In this document: positions 1-13,307 of the stretch, one piece after another
Layout: the number at the start of each line of letters is the position of its first letter
How positions within the stretch are numbered: the first letter of the stretch is position 1
Origin: Eledone cirrhosa
Lineage: Eukaryota
Length of the DNA stretch: 64,000 bases
NCBI GenBank assembly: GCA_964016885.1
Contig: OZ024745.1
Coordinates: 118,916,001 to 118,980,000, forward strand
Direction: 5' to 3'
Notes under the pieces: generated by a model
What the model was told of the DNA's origin: nothing
The model's database searches: none
Seen by the model: only the letters and a program-made list of their open reading frames with translations
Made by a program: the position numbers and the translations under genes

Positions 1-380
1 CTATTTTTGGTACACGGCCAGAAATTATCTCAGTGCATTACTGGTACTTTATTTTATCGACGCTGTAAGGATGAAAGGCAAAGTTAACCTCGGCGGGATT
101 TGAACTCAGATCATAAAGGGGCGTAACGCTATGCTGCAAAGCATGACGTCAGACCCTCTACCGACACTGCTAATCCACCACCCTGCAAATCCAATAATAA
201 TTGTTTCTACTTTTGGCACAAGGCCAGCAATTACCCAGTACATTACTGGTACTTTATTTTATCGACCCCGTAAGGATGAAAGGCAAAGTTAACCTCGGCG
301 GGATTTGATCTGAGATCGTAAAGGGACGTAACTGTGCTGGAAAGCATGTCCGACCTTCTACCGATACTGCCAATACACCC
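1..380 (-). mobile_element. Two tandem copies of tRNA-derived SINE family A (~180 bp each)
   Basis: Minus strand reads an A-box-like TGGCAGTATCGG and B-box GAGTTCAAATCC, then central GCCTTTCATCCTTACGGGGTCGATAAAATAAAGTACCAG (resembles Meta/MESC-type central domain from memory) and tail TTGCTGGCCTTGTGCCAAAAGTAGAAAC. Many homologous copies in the window. Confidence 0.85.
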
Positions 381-744
381 CAGTAATAATGATAATTTCA
401 CAGAAAAAAGAGGTCAAGAATCTTCCGAGAAACCTTGGTAGAGAAACGTAGCCAGCCAGTAATTGACTGGTATTTACACGATCCACGCTGAATAGTGACT
501 AGGCAAGTTTCGTCTGGAAATATGTGGTATTAGAACGTAGAAGAACGAAATAAAACAATGTATGATTGTGAGGTATTTAAATGTTTGTTTGGTGCTCAAG
601 TATTTATCCTTTTTATGTACTGGTTTTAATTGTAATAAAGATGGCTGGTGAATGCCATCATGCTGGTGATGGTATGCCGCTACTGCTGCTGCTGAAACTG
701 TTTCCATTGGCTGATAATATCTGATGTCACAACTCTTGACAGAA

Positions 745-1470
745 AGAGGCGGGATTTGAACTCAGAACGCACAGAGCCGGATTAGATATTACAGAGCATC
801 CTGTCTGACACTTTAACAATTCAGCCAATCCTTCGCCAGTGGCCTGCTACTTTATTTATCGACCTTGAAAGGGTAAAAGCAAAGTTTACTTTGGCGGCAT
901 TTGAACTCGGAATGCCGATAGCCAGAAAAAATATCGACACATTTAATTCGACGATCTAACGATTCTGTCAAATATGCCAACAGCCACTATTGATATATTG
1001 GGAATAGTGATATCAAAATGAAATAATGGTTTCTTATATAGGCACAAGGCCAGCAATTTGGGGAGACGGGAAAATCGATTAAATAGACCCCAGTGTGTGA
1101 CTGGTACTTTATGTTATCGACCCCGTAAGGATGAAAGGCAAAACTAACCCCAGTGGAATTTGAACACAGAACGTAAAGGGGCGTGACTCTATGCTGCAAA
1201 GCATGTTGTAATGCGCGACTTTCAGTCAGAAACTAGATTTAATTTGAAATGTTAGTAACATTGGTTTCTGATTTAGGAACAAGGCCAACAATTTTGGGGT
1301 GACGAAAGCCGACTAAATCGACCCCAGTGTATTGCTGATACTTTATTTTATCAACCTCGTCAGGATGAAAGGCAAAGCTAACCTCGGCAGGATTTGAACT
1401 CGTAAAGGGCCGTAACTCTATGGCATAAAGCATGTTGTCCGACGCTCCACCGATACTGCCAATCCACCGC
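745..1470 (-). mobile_element. Cluster of SINE family A copies and diverged relatives (745-840, 845-975, 1025-1205, 1260-1470)
   Basis: Recurrent GGATTTGAACTC (B-box complement) and ATCGACCCCGTAAGGATGAAAGGCAAA motifs. Confidence 0.8.
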
Positions 1471-1907
1471 CTTTGAAATATTAGTAATATTACAATCAGT
1501 TAGTAAACGTATAGAGCAAACACTAAACTTCTGGTAAGTCAAGATTGCGATTGGACACGGTTTAAAGTTATTGATATAGATAATTCTACCTAACCCCCCC
1601 CCCCCACCATCACCTTCATAATGCTCTAGTGAGGATATGAATGACAGCATCTCGATTACTTGTTATTTTATGTCTAATTGAGAAAAATAACAACGGACAG
1701 ATTTGATAGAATGTCGTACTTGAACTAAATAGGGCTGCAGTATAATCCAATTAAAGAAGTTACAATGAACAAAAAATAATATTAATATGGAGAATCTTAA
1801 AAAAACAAATTAGCAAAATATAGTCAGTGGAACAAGAAGAGGCGGTTGTTCAATATTAGCCAAGAAGAGAGTAATACCTAAAATAAATATTCCTCAGTCA
1901 TCTGAAC

Positions 1908-1938
<31 letters not shown>

Positions 1939-1982
1939 CAATGATATTAAATAAATGGAAACTATATTTATAAAACCATATT

Positions 1983-2046
1983 TATTTTATTATATATATT
2001 TCAAAGGTACCAAGAAAACATTGATACGCTTTCATCAGATAAAATA
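1983..2046 (-). ncRNA. Type I hammerhead ribozyme (minimal stem III)
   Basis: Minus strand: TATTTTAT-CTGATGA-aagcgtatcaa tgttttc ttggtaccttt-GAAA-tatata-TA-ATAAAATA. Perfect 8-bp stem I, paired stem II, intact core. Confidence 0.8.
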
Positions 2047-2253
2047 CAAAGTTTGTTTTATAAATAGAGACATACCCATGAAAAAATCATACCTTATCGG
2101 TTGGAAATTCACTGGATAGTCCAGTAAAAGGTTGAGTGCTCTAAATTAGTTATAAACATTTATATTTGTCGGACTTCCAACAAACTAAATACCCCTTCTA
2201 CTTATATATCATCATCATCATCATCCTCGTTTAACGTCCACTTTCCACGCTAG

Positions 2254-2290
<37 letters not shown>

Positions 2291-2442
2291 TGCAAACGAA
2301 TCGAATGTTATTATTAATATTCGAAAAAATCTGATTACATTTATTGTATTCAGCCATGTAGAGCGGACATTTTTTTTTATTTGAATATGACAAAGTCGGC
2401 CATTTATCGCTCGTATACAGGAAACTGACTGGCCAGTCTGCT

Positions 2443-2518
2443 GATATGCAAATCTGGCTGATCAGTAGATCTGCTAAATCAGCCAGTCTGCTAATATGCA
2501 AATCAGGCTGATCAGTCA
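2443..2518 (+). promoter_or_regulatory. Duplicated octamer (ATGCAAAT) motif upstream of hammerhead
   Basis: ATGCAAAT at 2446-2453 and 2496-2503 within a duplicated GCCAGTCTGCT(G/A)ATATGCAAATC(T/A)GGCTGATCAGT block. The same motif recurs at ~28929-28951 (-). Function inferred only. Confidence 0.45.
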
Positions 2519-2571
2519 CTGTATATTTTAGAAAATAACATATATTTTCACTAGCTCTGACAGTTTGGCAG

Positions 2572-2637
2572 GTGAACAGTGAACTGTACTGATGAAGGGT
2601 GATACCCAGAAACATTAGTGTCTGTAGTTCTGTTTAC
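2572..2637 (+). ncRNA. Type I hammerhead ribozyme, GUC cleavage site
   Basis: gtgaacagt GAACTGTA-CTGATGA-aGGGTgatACCCa-GAAA-CAttagTG-TC-TGTAGTTC tgtttac. All three stems and the core are intact; stem I is extended. Confidence 0.85.
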
Positions 2638-2766
2638 ATGCCAACACAAGAGCAAGAATGAAGGGTTCATTCTACTGACATGGCTATAAAATTGAGGCTT
2701 GTTTGCATAATTGCAAACGAATCGAACGTTATTAATATTCGAAAAACTCAGATTACATTTATTATA

Positions 2767-2871
2767 TGGAGTTGCGACCAATAGAAAGTATTAGCAATTG
2801 AAAAGACCAACGGAAACAATGTTTCCGTTGGTCTTTTAAATTGCTAATACTTTCTATTGGTCGCAACTCCA
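2767..2871. repeat. Near-perfect 105-bp palindrome
   Basis: 52-bp arms centred on GGAAACA-A-TGTTTCC, one mismatch. Confidence 0.95.
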
Positions 2872-3029
2872 GGTAGAATATCCGAACCAATGCGAAAGCC
2901 TATACGTGGTTGTTTGAACTGCTAGAAATAGCAAGTAGCAGCTAAATCTTCCGAAAAAAAAACAACCAACAGATTAAAAAAAAGTGAATGACACATTGGA
3001 TATTAGTCATAAATACACTATCTAGAGAC

Positions 3030-3275
3030 CAGAGGCTCATCAGGCCAGTTCTTATCCCGGTTTCCATGGCGTTAAACGACTGAGAGTACAATACTCCCTC
3101 CTGGACATCAGTCCATTGCAGGGTTAAACTTCCATCTGGTACTCCTTTTCAGTTGAGTATACTGGAGCAACATGAAATGAAGTGCTTTGCTCAAGAACAC
3201 AACACAGTCCAGGAATTGAACCCACAACATTATGGTCGTAAGTCCAACACCTTTACCACTAGGCCACGTGCTTCC
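3030..3275 (-). mobile_element. tRNA-derived SINE family B (CORE/V-like central region)
   Basis: Minus strand: GTGGCCTAGTGGTAAAGG (A box), GGTTCAATTCC (B box), GTGTTCTTGAGCAAAGCACTTCATTTCATGTTGCTCCAGT. Homologues at 12000-12225, 19185-19295 and 23305-23580. Confidence 0.8.
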
Positions 3276-3452
3276 AAATACACTATACCTGGAAGTAAAA
3301 GGAGTAAAGGCCATGGTTGAAAGGCCTTTGAGCTTTATTAATCGACAAGATTCTAAACCTCATTCGTTTACCGAGTGGGGTGGAACTCGTCAAATCGGAC
3401 CAAGAAAACAATGTTTCCATTGGTCTTTCCATTGCTGATATTATCTACTGGT

Positions 3453-3673
3453 CACAACTCCTGGTAAGGGTTACAAACTCCTGGTAAGGGTTACAACTCC
3501 TGGGAGGGTTACAACTCCTAGGAAGGGTTACAACTCCTGGTTAGGGGTTACAACTCCTGGTAAGGGTTACAACTCCTGGTTAGGGGTTACAACTCCTGGT
3601 AAGGGTTGCTTAATGAAGGGTTGCTTGACGAAGGGTTGCTTATTGAAGGATTGCTTAATGAAGGGTTGCTTAA
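3453..3673. repeat. Minisatellites: ~19-21-bp ACAACTCCTGGTAAGGGTT (~8x) followed by 15-bp GAAGGGTTGCTTAAT (~5x)
   Basis: Direct reading of tandem units. Confidence 0.9.
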
Positions 3674-4049
3674 TCTAAACTAATCTAGTGTTAAACAACA
3701 GCAGTAAGAAGAGATGAAAAATAGTGAATATGAAACTCTTTGCATAAAAAAGAGCAAAAGAACGGAATATTTACAGCAAGGCTGGAACAGAGGATAAAAT
3801 AGACGAGAGCCATATAAAAGTAAAAGGAGCGTGACAAATAGAAGACATATTATACCAGCTAACGAGGAATCCTCTACGCCAGAGGTTCTCAAACTTTGAG
3901 TCAAAACCACCATTCTCTATTTTGTCCACTGTAACTTTAGGGCTCAATACCCCTGGGGTTCTGCATGTTGGAGAAGGAGAGCGGGAGTGGTGGTTGTGGT
4001 GGGGGACATGACTGTCATTGACTGGTTCGTGCTCCTACTGTTGGTCGCT

Positions 4050-4708
4050 ACATATATACACACATACATACATACACACATACATACGTACATACATACA
4101 CGCATACATACATACACACATACATACATACATACACACATACATACATACACGCATACATACATACATACATACACAATACATACGTACATACATACAC
4201 GCATACATACATACACACATACATACATACACACATACATACATACACACATACATACATACATACATACATACACACATACATACATACACACATACAT
4301 ACACACATACATACACACATACATACATACATACACACACACATACATACATACACACATACATACACACATACATACACACACAAGATACTACTAAGGT
4401 AAATGTTCCACAAAGAAACTGTATATATAGGGTTGTCAAGTATGACATTTGTAGAAATTTGTTTTTTTTCTACAAATTTCAACAAATTTCATACTTGACG
4501 ACCCAATGCAAAAGGTTTCTTTGAGACTGGAAACATATCGAGGGAACGAGTAGTGGCTCGTTCTTGACTGGCTTTAGTTAAGTAGCAGCAGCAGTAGCAA
4601 CAACAACACCAGCAGCAGCAGCAACAGCATAAACAATATCAGCAGCAACAGCAACAACAACATTAACAACAACAACAACAGAAGCAGCAGTAACAACAGA
4701 AGCAGCAA

Positions 4709-4776
<68 letters not shown>

Positions 4777-4825
4777 TCTACTACAGCCACAACAACAACA
4801 ACAGCAGCAGCAGCAGCAGCAGTCA
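4050..4825. repeat. (CATA)n block (4050-4385) and (CAG/CAA)n block (4580-4825)
   Basis: Direct reading. Confidence 0.95.
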
Positions 4826-4889
4826 CAATGGCATCAAAAACAACAACGTCGAAATCAAATAAAAATGATTGAATAATTATTCAAGAGTA

Positions 4890-5045
4890 ACTGACAAGAT
4901 CTTGTTAAGACCCTCCCAGCCCTCCACCACCACAACATCTTCACTGACAAGATCTTGTTAAGACCCTCCCCGCCCTCCACCACCACAACATCTCCACTGA
5001 CAAGATCTTGTCAAGACCCCACCACCACAACATCGTCACTGACAA
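4890..5045. repeat. ~53-bp tandem repeat, ~3 copies
   Basis: CTGACAAGATCTTGTTAAGACCCTCCC..CCTCCACCACCACAACATC repeated. Confidence 0.85.
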
Positions 5046-5414
5046 ACGTTCAAACCCTTTCATTGTATCTTCACAAGCTGTATAATCCTAATTACATATG
5101 TTTATGTAATATTTAAAAGTCAATGATTAACATATACAATATATTTGTATATGTTTGTTATTCAGACGATCAAGATGGAGTCGTTCCATATCTTTCTCTA
5201 AAACATGTCTCTGTGAGAAAGTTACTCTAACATAAAACCTGATCAATTTCATAAAATGTAGAGTAAAATTTTCAAAAAATGGCGGACTGTTATTAGAAAG
5301 AAGCTCAAAGTTACACATTTTATTGTAAATTAAAAATCTATTAATTTCCAACGTGTAATCTATTTGTCAGCCATACAACGATAGAAATATTGGCACTTGA
5401 TACAATAACAAACT

Positions 5415-6668
5415 GACACACACACACACAGACACACACAGACACACAGATACAGACATAGACACACACACACACACAGACACACACAGACACACACACA
5501 CACACAGACACACACACACACACACAGACACAGACATAGACACACACACACACACAGACACACAGACACAGACACACAGATACACAGACACACACAGATA
5601 CTGACATAGACACACACACACACACACAGACACAGACACACAGATACACAGACACACACAGATACAGACATAGACAGACACAGACACACAGACACACAGA
5701 CACACACAGATACAGACATAGACACACACACAGACACACAGACACAGACACACAGATACACAGACACACACAGATACAGACATAGACACACACACACACA
5801 CACACAGACACACAGACACACAGACACACAGACACACACAGATACAGACATAGACAGACACACACACACACACACAGACACACAGACACACACACACACA
5901 GATACAGACATAGACACACACAGACACACAGACACACAGACACACAGACACACAGACACACAGATACAGACACACAGACACACAGATACAGACACACAGA
6001 CACACAGACACACAGACACACACAGAAACAGACATAGACATACACACACACACAGACAGACACACAGATACACACACACACACAGATACAGACATAGACA
6101 GACACACACACACACACACACAGACACAGACACACAGACACACACACACACACAGACACAGACACACAGACACACATACACACACACACACAGATACAGA
6201 CATAGACACACACACACACACACAGACACAGACACACAGACACACACACACACAGATACAGACATAGACACACACACACACAGACACACAGACACACAGA
6301 TACACACACACAGACACACAGATACACACACACACACACAGATACAGACATAGACACACACACACACACACACACATGCACACAGACACACAGACACACA
6401 GATACAGACACACAGACACACAGACACACACAGACAGACACACATATACACACACACACACAAATACAGACATAGACACACACACACACACAGACAGACA
6501 GACACACAGATACACACACACACACACACAGATACAGACATAGACACACACACACACACACAGACACACAGATACACAGATACAGACATACACTCACACA
6601 CACACACACACACAGACACACAGATACAGACACACACACACAGATACAGACATAGACACACACACACA

Positions 6669-6707
<39 letters not shown>

Positions 6708-7069
6708 ACACAGATACAGACATAGATATACACTCACACACACACACAAATACACACACACCCACACACAGACACACAGACACGCAGATACATACATAGA
6801 CATACACTCACACACACACAAACACAGACACACACAGATACAGACATAGACACACAGACACACAGACACACACACACAGACACACGGACACACAGACACA
6901 CAGACACACAGACACCCACACACCCACACAGACACACAGACACACACACGCACACACGCACACACAGATACACAGACACACAGATACAGACATAGACATA
7001 CACTCACACACTCACACACACATACAGACACACAGATACGCAGATACACAGATACAGACATAGGACATA

Positions 7070-7106
<37 letters not shown>

Positions 7107-7821
7107 ACAGATACACAGATACACAGATACAGACATAGACATAGCCATACACACACACACACATACAGACACACAGATACACAGATACACAGATACAGAC
7201 ATAGGACATAGACACACACACACACATAGGCACACACACAGATACACAGATACACAGATACAGACATAGACATAGCCATACACACACACACACTCACACA
7301 CAGATACACAGATACACAGATACAGACATAGGAGGACATAGACACACACACACACATAGACACACACAGGCACACAGATACAGACATACACATAGACACA
7401 CACGCACACACACACACCACACACACACACACAGACATACACTCACACTCTCTCTCACACACACACACGCAAACACACACAGATACAGACATAGACATAC
7501 ACTCACACGCACACACACGCACACACACACACACACACACGCATACACACAGATGCAGACATAGACATACACTCTCACACACACACACAGACACAAATAA
7601 CCACACACACTCACTCACACCAAGCCACACACACAAAGACAGGCAGACTGACACACACACACAGACACAGACACAGGCACTCACACACACGCAAACAGAC
7701 ACACATACACAGACACACAAACACAGACACAAACACACACATACATACACGCACACAGACAGACACAAACACACACACACACATACAGACCATCGCATAC
7801 ACACACACTCGGACACACACA

Positions 7822-7858
<37 letters not shown>

Positions 7859-8327
7859 CATCGCACACACACAGACACACACACACACACAGACACACAC
7901 ACAAACACACATATACAGACCATCGCACACACACTCGCACACTCACAGACACAAACACACACACACATACAGACCATCGGACACACACACACACCATCGC
8001 ACACACACACAGACACACATAGACACACACACACACACACACAGATACAGACCATCGCACACACACACACAGACACACACAGATACAGACCATTTCACAC
8101 ACACACACACACATATACATACATACACACACAGAGATGCAGACCATCGAACACACACACACTCGCACACACACATACACACACAGACACAGACCATCGC
8201 AAACACACACTCGCACACTTACAGACACACACACACACACACACACTCGCACACTTACAGACACACACACACACACACACACAGACACACACACACATAT
8301 ACAGACCATCGCGCACACACACACACT

Positions 8328-8386
<59 letters not shown>
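5415..8386. repeat. ~3-kb compound (CA)n/GACA microsatellite with higher-order motifs
   Basis: Recurrent GATACAGACATAGACAC and, later, CAGACCATCGCAC motifs in a CA matrix. Confidence 0.95.
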
Positions 8387-8388
<2 letters not shown>

Positions 8389-9844
8389 CACGCGAGAATT
8401 TACAATGAAGAGCGAATGGTCACAGTACTTGTACGAAGAATCCTTTCCCTCCATTACTCATGTAGGAAAATAAATATTTCATATCTCAATTTCTTTTCAT
8501 TATTTCAAATCGTCGTTTTCTAAGATTTTCAAATATTAAAAAAAAATCATCAAGATTTCAAAAGGAATTAGTAATACTATCAGAAAAACCACCATTCGGG
8601 TGGTTTTTCTGCTAGTATGTGTAGTGTGTATATTGATATTATACGTAAATATATATGCATTTAGATATGATGCGTCAAATAAAATCGTAATTGAGAATAT
8701 ACAGAGAAATTGAAGAGGGACTGTGTTACACTCTAAACTGTAATCACTAAAGTAACCCATGATATATTTAAAAAAGACGATATTATATATAAACTGCATA
8801 TATAATAAACTAAAACGTTATGAAAACGGAAAAGGAGAAAATTAGCGACGGAAATATATACCTTATATAACGATAGAAATATATGAACGTTTAGATAAGT
8901 GATGTAATAGGTGTTGAGATTTGAATATTTTGAAGAAGTGAATCTTGAAATAAGCAATAAAATTACTTATATTTAATCGAGAGTTACGAAATCTAGTACA
9001 TAAATTATGTAATATTCATTCATAAATCCAGCTTTCATCCTTTTGGGGTCGATAAAATAAAGTACCAGTAATGCACTGGGTATTTGCTGGCCTTGTGCCA
9101 AAAGTACAAACAATTATTTATTCAAAGTAATTCAACTTATTTTACTAACGGGATAAAAAATATATTCAGGACGCAGTCCCGCACTCCTCCCTTTATTATT
9201 AGTAATATAACTAAATTTCCAATAATTATACTGGTGTCTGGAACATAACTTAACAAAGGTTCTTAAACTTAATTATGAAGGATTGTTTTTAGATACAAAT
9301 AGCTTTGTTTCATAAAACCAGAGTCAGTTTGAGGCAGTACTCTATATTTACTATTGTATTTTCACAGTAAAGGCTTTATCTCATAATATTGAAGCTATGA
9401 GATTTTGATATTATTTATGTTGTGAACAATACCTAAACATTAGTATGAGTGGCTGGTTATGGCTGGCTTGAACAGCCACAGGTGAGAGAATTCTGGCAAG
9501 ATATGGCCGGTTTAAATGATAAAGGGTTAAAAAGGGTTAATACTATATTTATAGTCTTCGAACATGAACGATGTAAATTGTTTTAGCCAAATACAGCCGT
9601 AGTGAAATATAACGTTATTATCTATATTTATATAGTCGATAAAATAAAGTACCAGTAATACACTGAGTAATTGCTGGCCTTGTGCCTATATAAGAAACAA
9701 TTATCTATATTTATATAACAGTTTCATTTCAGTTTATTTTAAGCTAATAACTTTTGTTTTCAAAATTATTATTCATTCCTTTTTCTTTGTATTATAAAAT
9801 CCATGAAATTAAAATCATAATCATTTTCTGTGTAACACACACAC

Positions 9845-10661
<817 letters not shown>

Positions 10662-10885
10662 AGAGGGGGTGGGGTGAGGGGGGGGGAGAGAGAGAATGGA
10701 TGGGTGAGATGAGAGAGGTGGACGTTTAATGCTACAGAGAAAGGTGTTGACTGATTGGCAGAAACTCCAGAGCGCGGGAGAAAATGCCACGACATATTTA
10801 ATTACATATTTTTACGTCTTTGGCGTTCACATTACCCCCAACCTTAACCCCAGCCCTAACTCTAGCCCTAACTTTATGTCTAAGC

Positions 10886-11174
10886 CAGGCATGGGCAACC
10901 TTTTTCGAGAAGCGAGCCGCACGAGATATGGCTTATCATCAGGCGAGCCACAAGCACTAATTTACATTCCTGCCCACATAAAAAAGGGTGGAAACTCAGG
11001 TTGTTTTGCTTTGTTTCTACAGAATTCTTCAGAATTCGTACACGTTGTTTTCCTCGATCCTAAAAAGTTGGGGTAAAAAAATCAGAAAGATTTCTCCTAG
11101 GTGACTTAGGTGGGCCATTCAGAAAGCTTCGCGGACCGTATATCCGCCCACAGACCACAGGTTGCCCATGACTG
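10886..11174. mobile_element. Non-autonomous hAT (Charlie-type) MITE
   Basis: TIRs CAGGCATGGGCAACCT / AGGTTGCCCATGACTG; 8-bp TSD GTCTAAGC / CTCTAAGC. Confidence 0.85.
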
Positions 11175-11716
11175 CTCTAAGCCTTAGCCTAGTTTAAACC
11201 CAGCTAGTATCGACTTTTCCAATCTTTCTTCTAAATTTCAATAAAATACGCATCATGCCATGTACACGAGTCATTTCAGTTGATATACTTATGTTCTACC
11301 TTTACAAATCTGTGGCCTTGCATACATAAAATCAGTTTTAGAATTAAGAAAATGAACTGAGATGAGATTAAGCAGTTATATGTATATAATACACTGAACC
11401 CAGTGTATGGCGACTGATGCAGGTATTTGTGGCACTATGTCCAGTGTTGCGAAATACAATTCATAAGTGATACGTACACACACACATGATGTGAACACTG
11501 AAAAGTAGATTTACAAAATTGATATCTCGTGGGGGGAAGTAAAGCTGTAAAGATTTCAGAGTATTGAATAATGAAGATGCTTACCTGAATTTTAAAGGTG
11601 GCTTGGTGATAACAACTGTTCTTTGTCAGAGATTGAATAATCATCACAACAAATATATAATCCATCTATTTCAACTTAGAAAGCGAAAAAAAAAATACTA
11701 CAAAAACAAAGATTAC

Positions 11717-11780
<64 letters not shown>

Positions 11781-11999
11781 GACCCAGACAAACACCAGAC
11801 CTGCCAACCTCTAAAACCCCAAACGGGGAGTACCATGAAAAAAAGTGCCACAAAACGGGGAGAAATGAGGCAAAAATGGGGGGACTTTACATAATACAAG
11901 AGCAGACATCTTTTACCCAGCCAAAAGTGTGTAGGGGAAATCTCCCCGCTGGACGGGGTGAGAGGGGGGGGGGAGTTGACAGGTCCGACACACACACAC

Positions 12000-12225
12000 A
12001 CACGGTTCCCATGGTATTAAGCGACTGAGAGTATAGTACTTCCCCCAGGACACCAGTCCATCGCAGGGTTAAACACCCACCTATTGCTGGTACTCATTTT
12101 CAGCTGAGTATACTGGAACAACATGAAACGAAGTGTTTTCTTCAAGAACACAGCACAACCCAGTCCAGGAATTGAACCCACAACATTATGGTCATAAGTC
12201 CAACACCTTTACCACTAGGCCACAC
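12000..12225 (-). mobile_element. SINE family B copy
   Basis: Colinear with 3060-3270. Confidence 0.8.
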
Positions 12226-12369
12226 GTTTAATATTAATGGTAATATCATTAATAAAAATATAATTTAAAGTCACAGAGAACCGGAATAAATGTAACGGCG
12301 ATGTATTTGTTTTGCAAGGTTTTTGATGTGTGACGAAAGAACTCTGAGAAACTGTATTTATATTTAAAT

Positions 12370-13092
12370 ACCAGCAATGTACTTGGATAATTGCTGGCCT
12401 TGTGCCAAAAGTAGAAAAAATTATTATGAGCAAATGGGGGCCCACGCGTTGACCCCACCGTTGACCCCGCGTTTATATATATCTTCTATAACTTATATAT
12501 ATAACTATACAATAAGTGATTATATTTCCATGGCTTCCAGTGCTAAAGTTGATGTGTTACTTTTACCTTACAATTGCAGTTAAATATAAAGTTATATTTC
12601 TTCATTGTTATATTTGAGGAGGGTCATTGACCGTGGTCAATGAGGGGAGGGTCATTGACCGTGGTCAATCTGTGATAAACATTGTCTACCAGCTAAATTA
12701 TTTATAGAAATATAAAGATATACTCAAGCGAAAACCAAACAGTAAGTGTGTTTTACTATATTTTTCTGGCAACATGACCCTCCCCCAAAATTGTTGGCCG
12801 TGTGCCTAAATCAGAAACCAATATTAGGACAACATGACCCTCCTCAAATATAACAATGAAGAAATATAACTTTATATTTAACTGCAATTGTAAGGTAAAA
12901 GTAACACATCAACATTAGCACTGGAAGCCATGGAAATATAATCACTTATTGTATAGTTATATATATAAGTTATAGAAGATATATATAAACGCGGGGTCAA
13001 CGGTGGGGGTCAACGCGTGGGCCCCCATTTGCTCATAATAATTTTTTCTACTTTTGGCACAAGGCTAGCAATTATCCAAGTACATTGCTGGT
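12370..13092. repeat. Long inverted repeat: ~258-bp arms (12370-12627 / 12834-13092), ~206-bp spacer
   Basis: Arms are reverse complements with about 2 substitutions and 1 indel seen. Confidence 0.95.
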
Positions 13093-13213
13093 GCTTTATT
13101 TTATCGACCCCCGTAAGGATGACAGGCAAAGTTAACCTCAGACCGTAAAGAGACGTAACTCTATGCTGCAAAGCATGGCGTTCTACCCTCTACCGATACT
13201 GCCAATCCACCCC
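13040..13213 (-). mobile_element. SINE family A copy (tail duplicated into the inverted repeat)
   Basis: Family A motifs. Confidence 0.8.
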
Positions 13214-13307
13214 CTATGAGAGATGGGAGAGCGGGAGAAACTGAAGCGAGACAGTGGGGGTTTGGTTCCTTTGTGTTTGGACCTGGAATATATGTTTCAT
13301 GGACACG

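Larger units (their letters stand above)
2287..2767 (+). mobile_element. Hammerhead-bearing ~421-bp unit with ~60-bp terminal direct repeat (retrozyme/pLTR-like)
   Basis: TGCAAACGAATCGAA..TTATTAATATTCGAAAAA..GATTACATTTATT occurs at 2291 and 2712 (offset 421). Internal HHR at 2572-2637; starts next to (TA)n. Confidence 0.7.

Noticed and set aside
3030-3066. GAAAC..CTGATGA on the minus strand at the SINE B tail as a hammerhead
   Set aside because: No cleavage triplet or stem I between the boxes; topology does not fit.
5341-8523. Long Cys/Val or His/Thr ORFs
   Set aside because: CA/TG dinucleotide repeat artefacts; the same applies to the YI and MCV ORFs elsewhere.
10835-10880. Telomeric (CCCTAA)n
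   Set aside because: Only a few degenerate units; not a telomere array.
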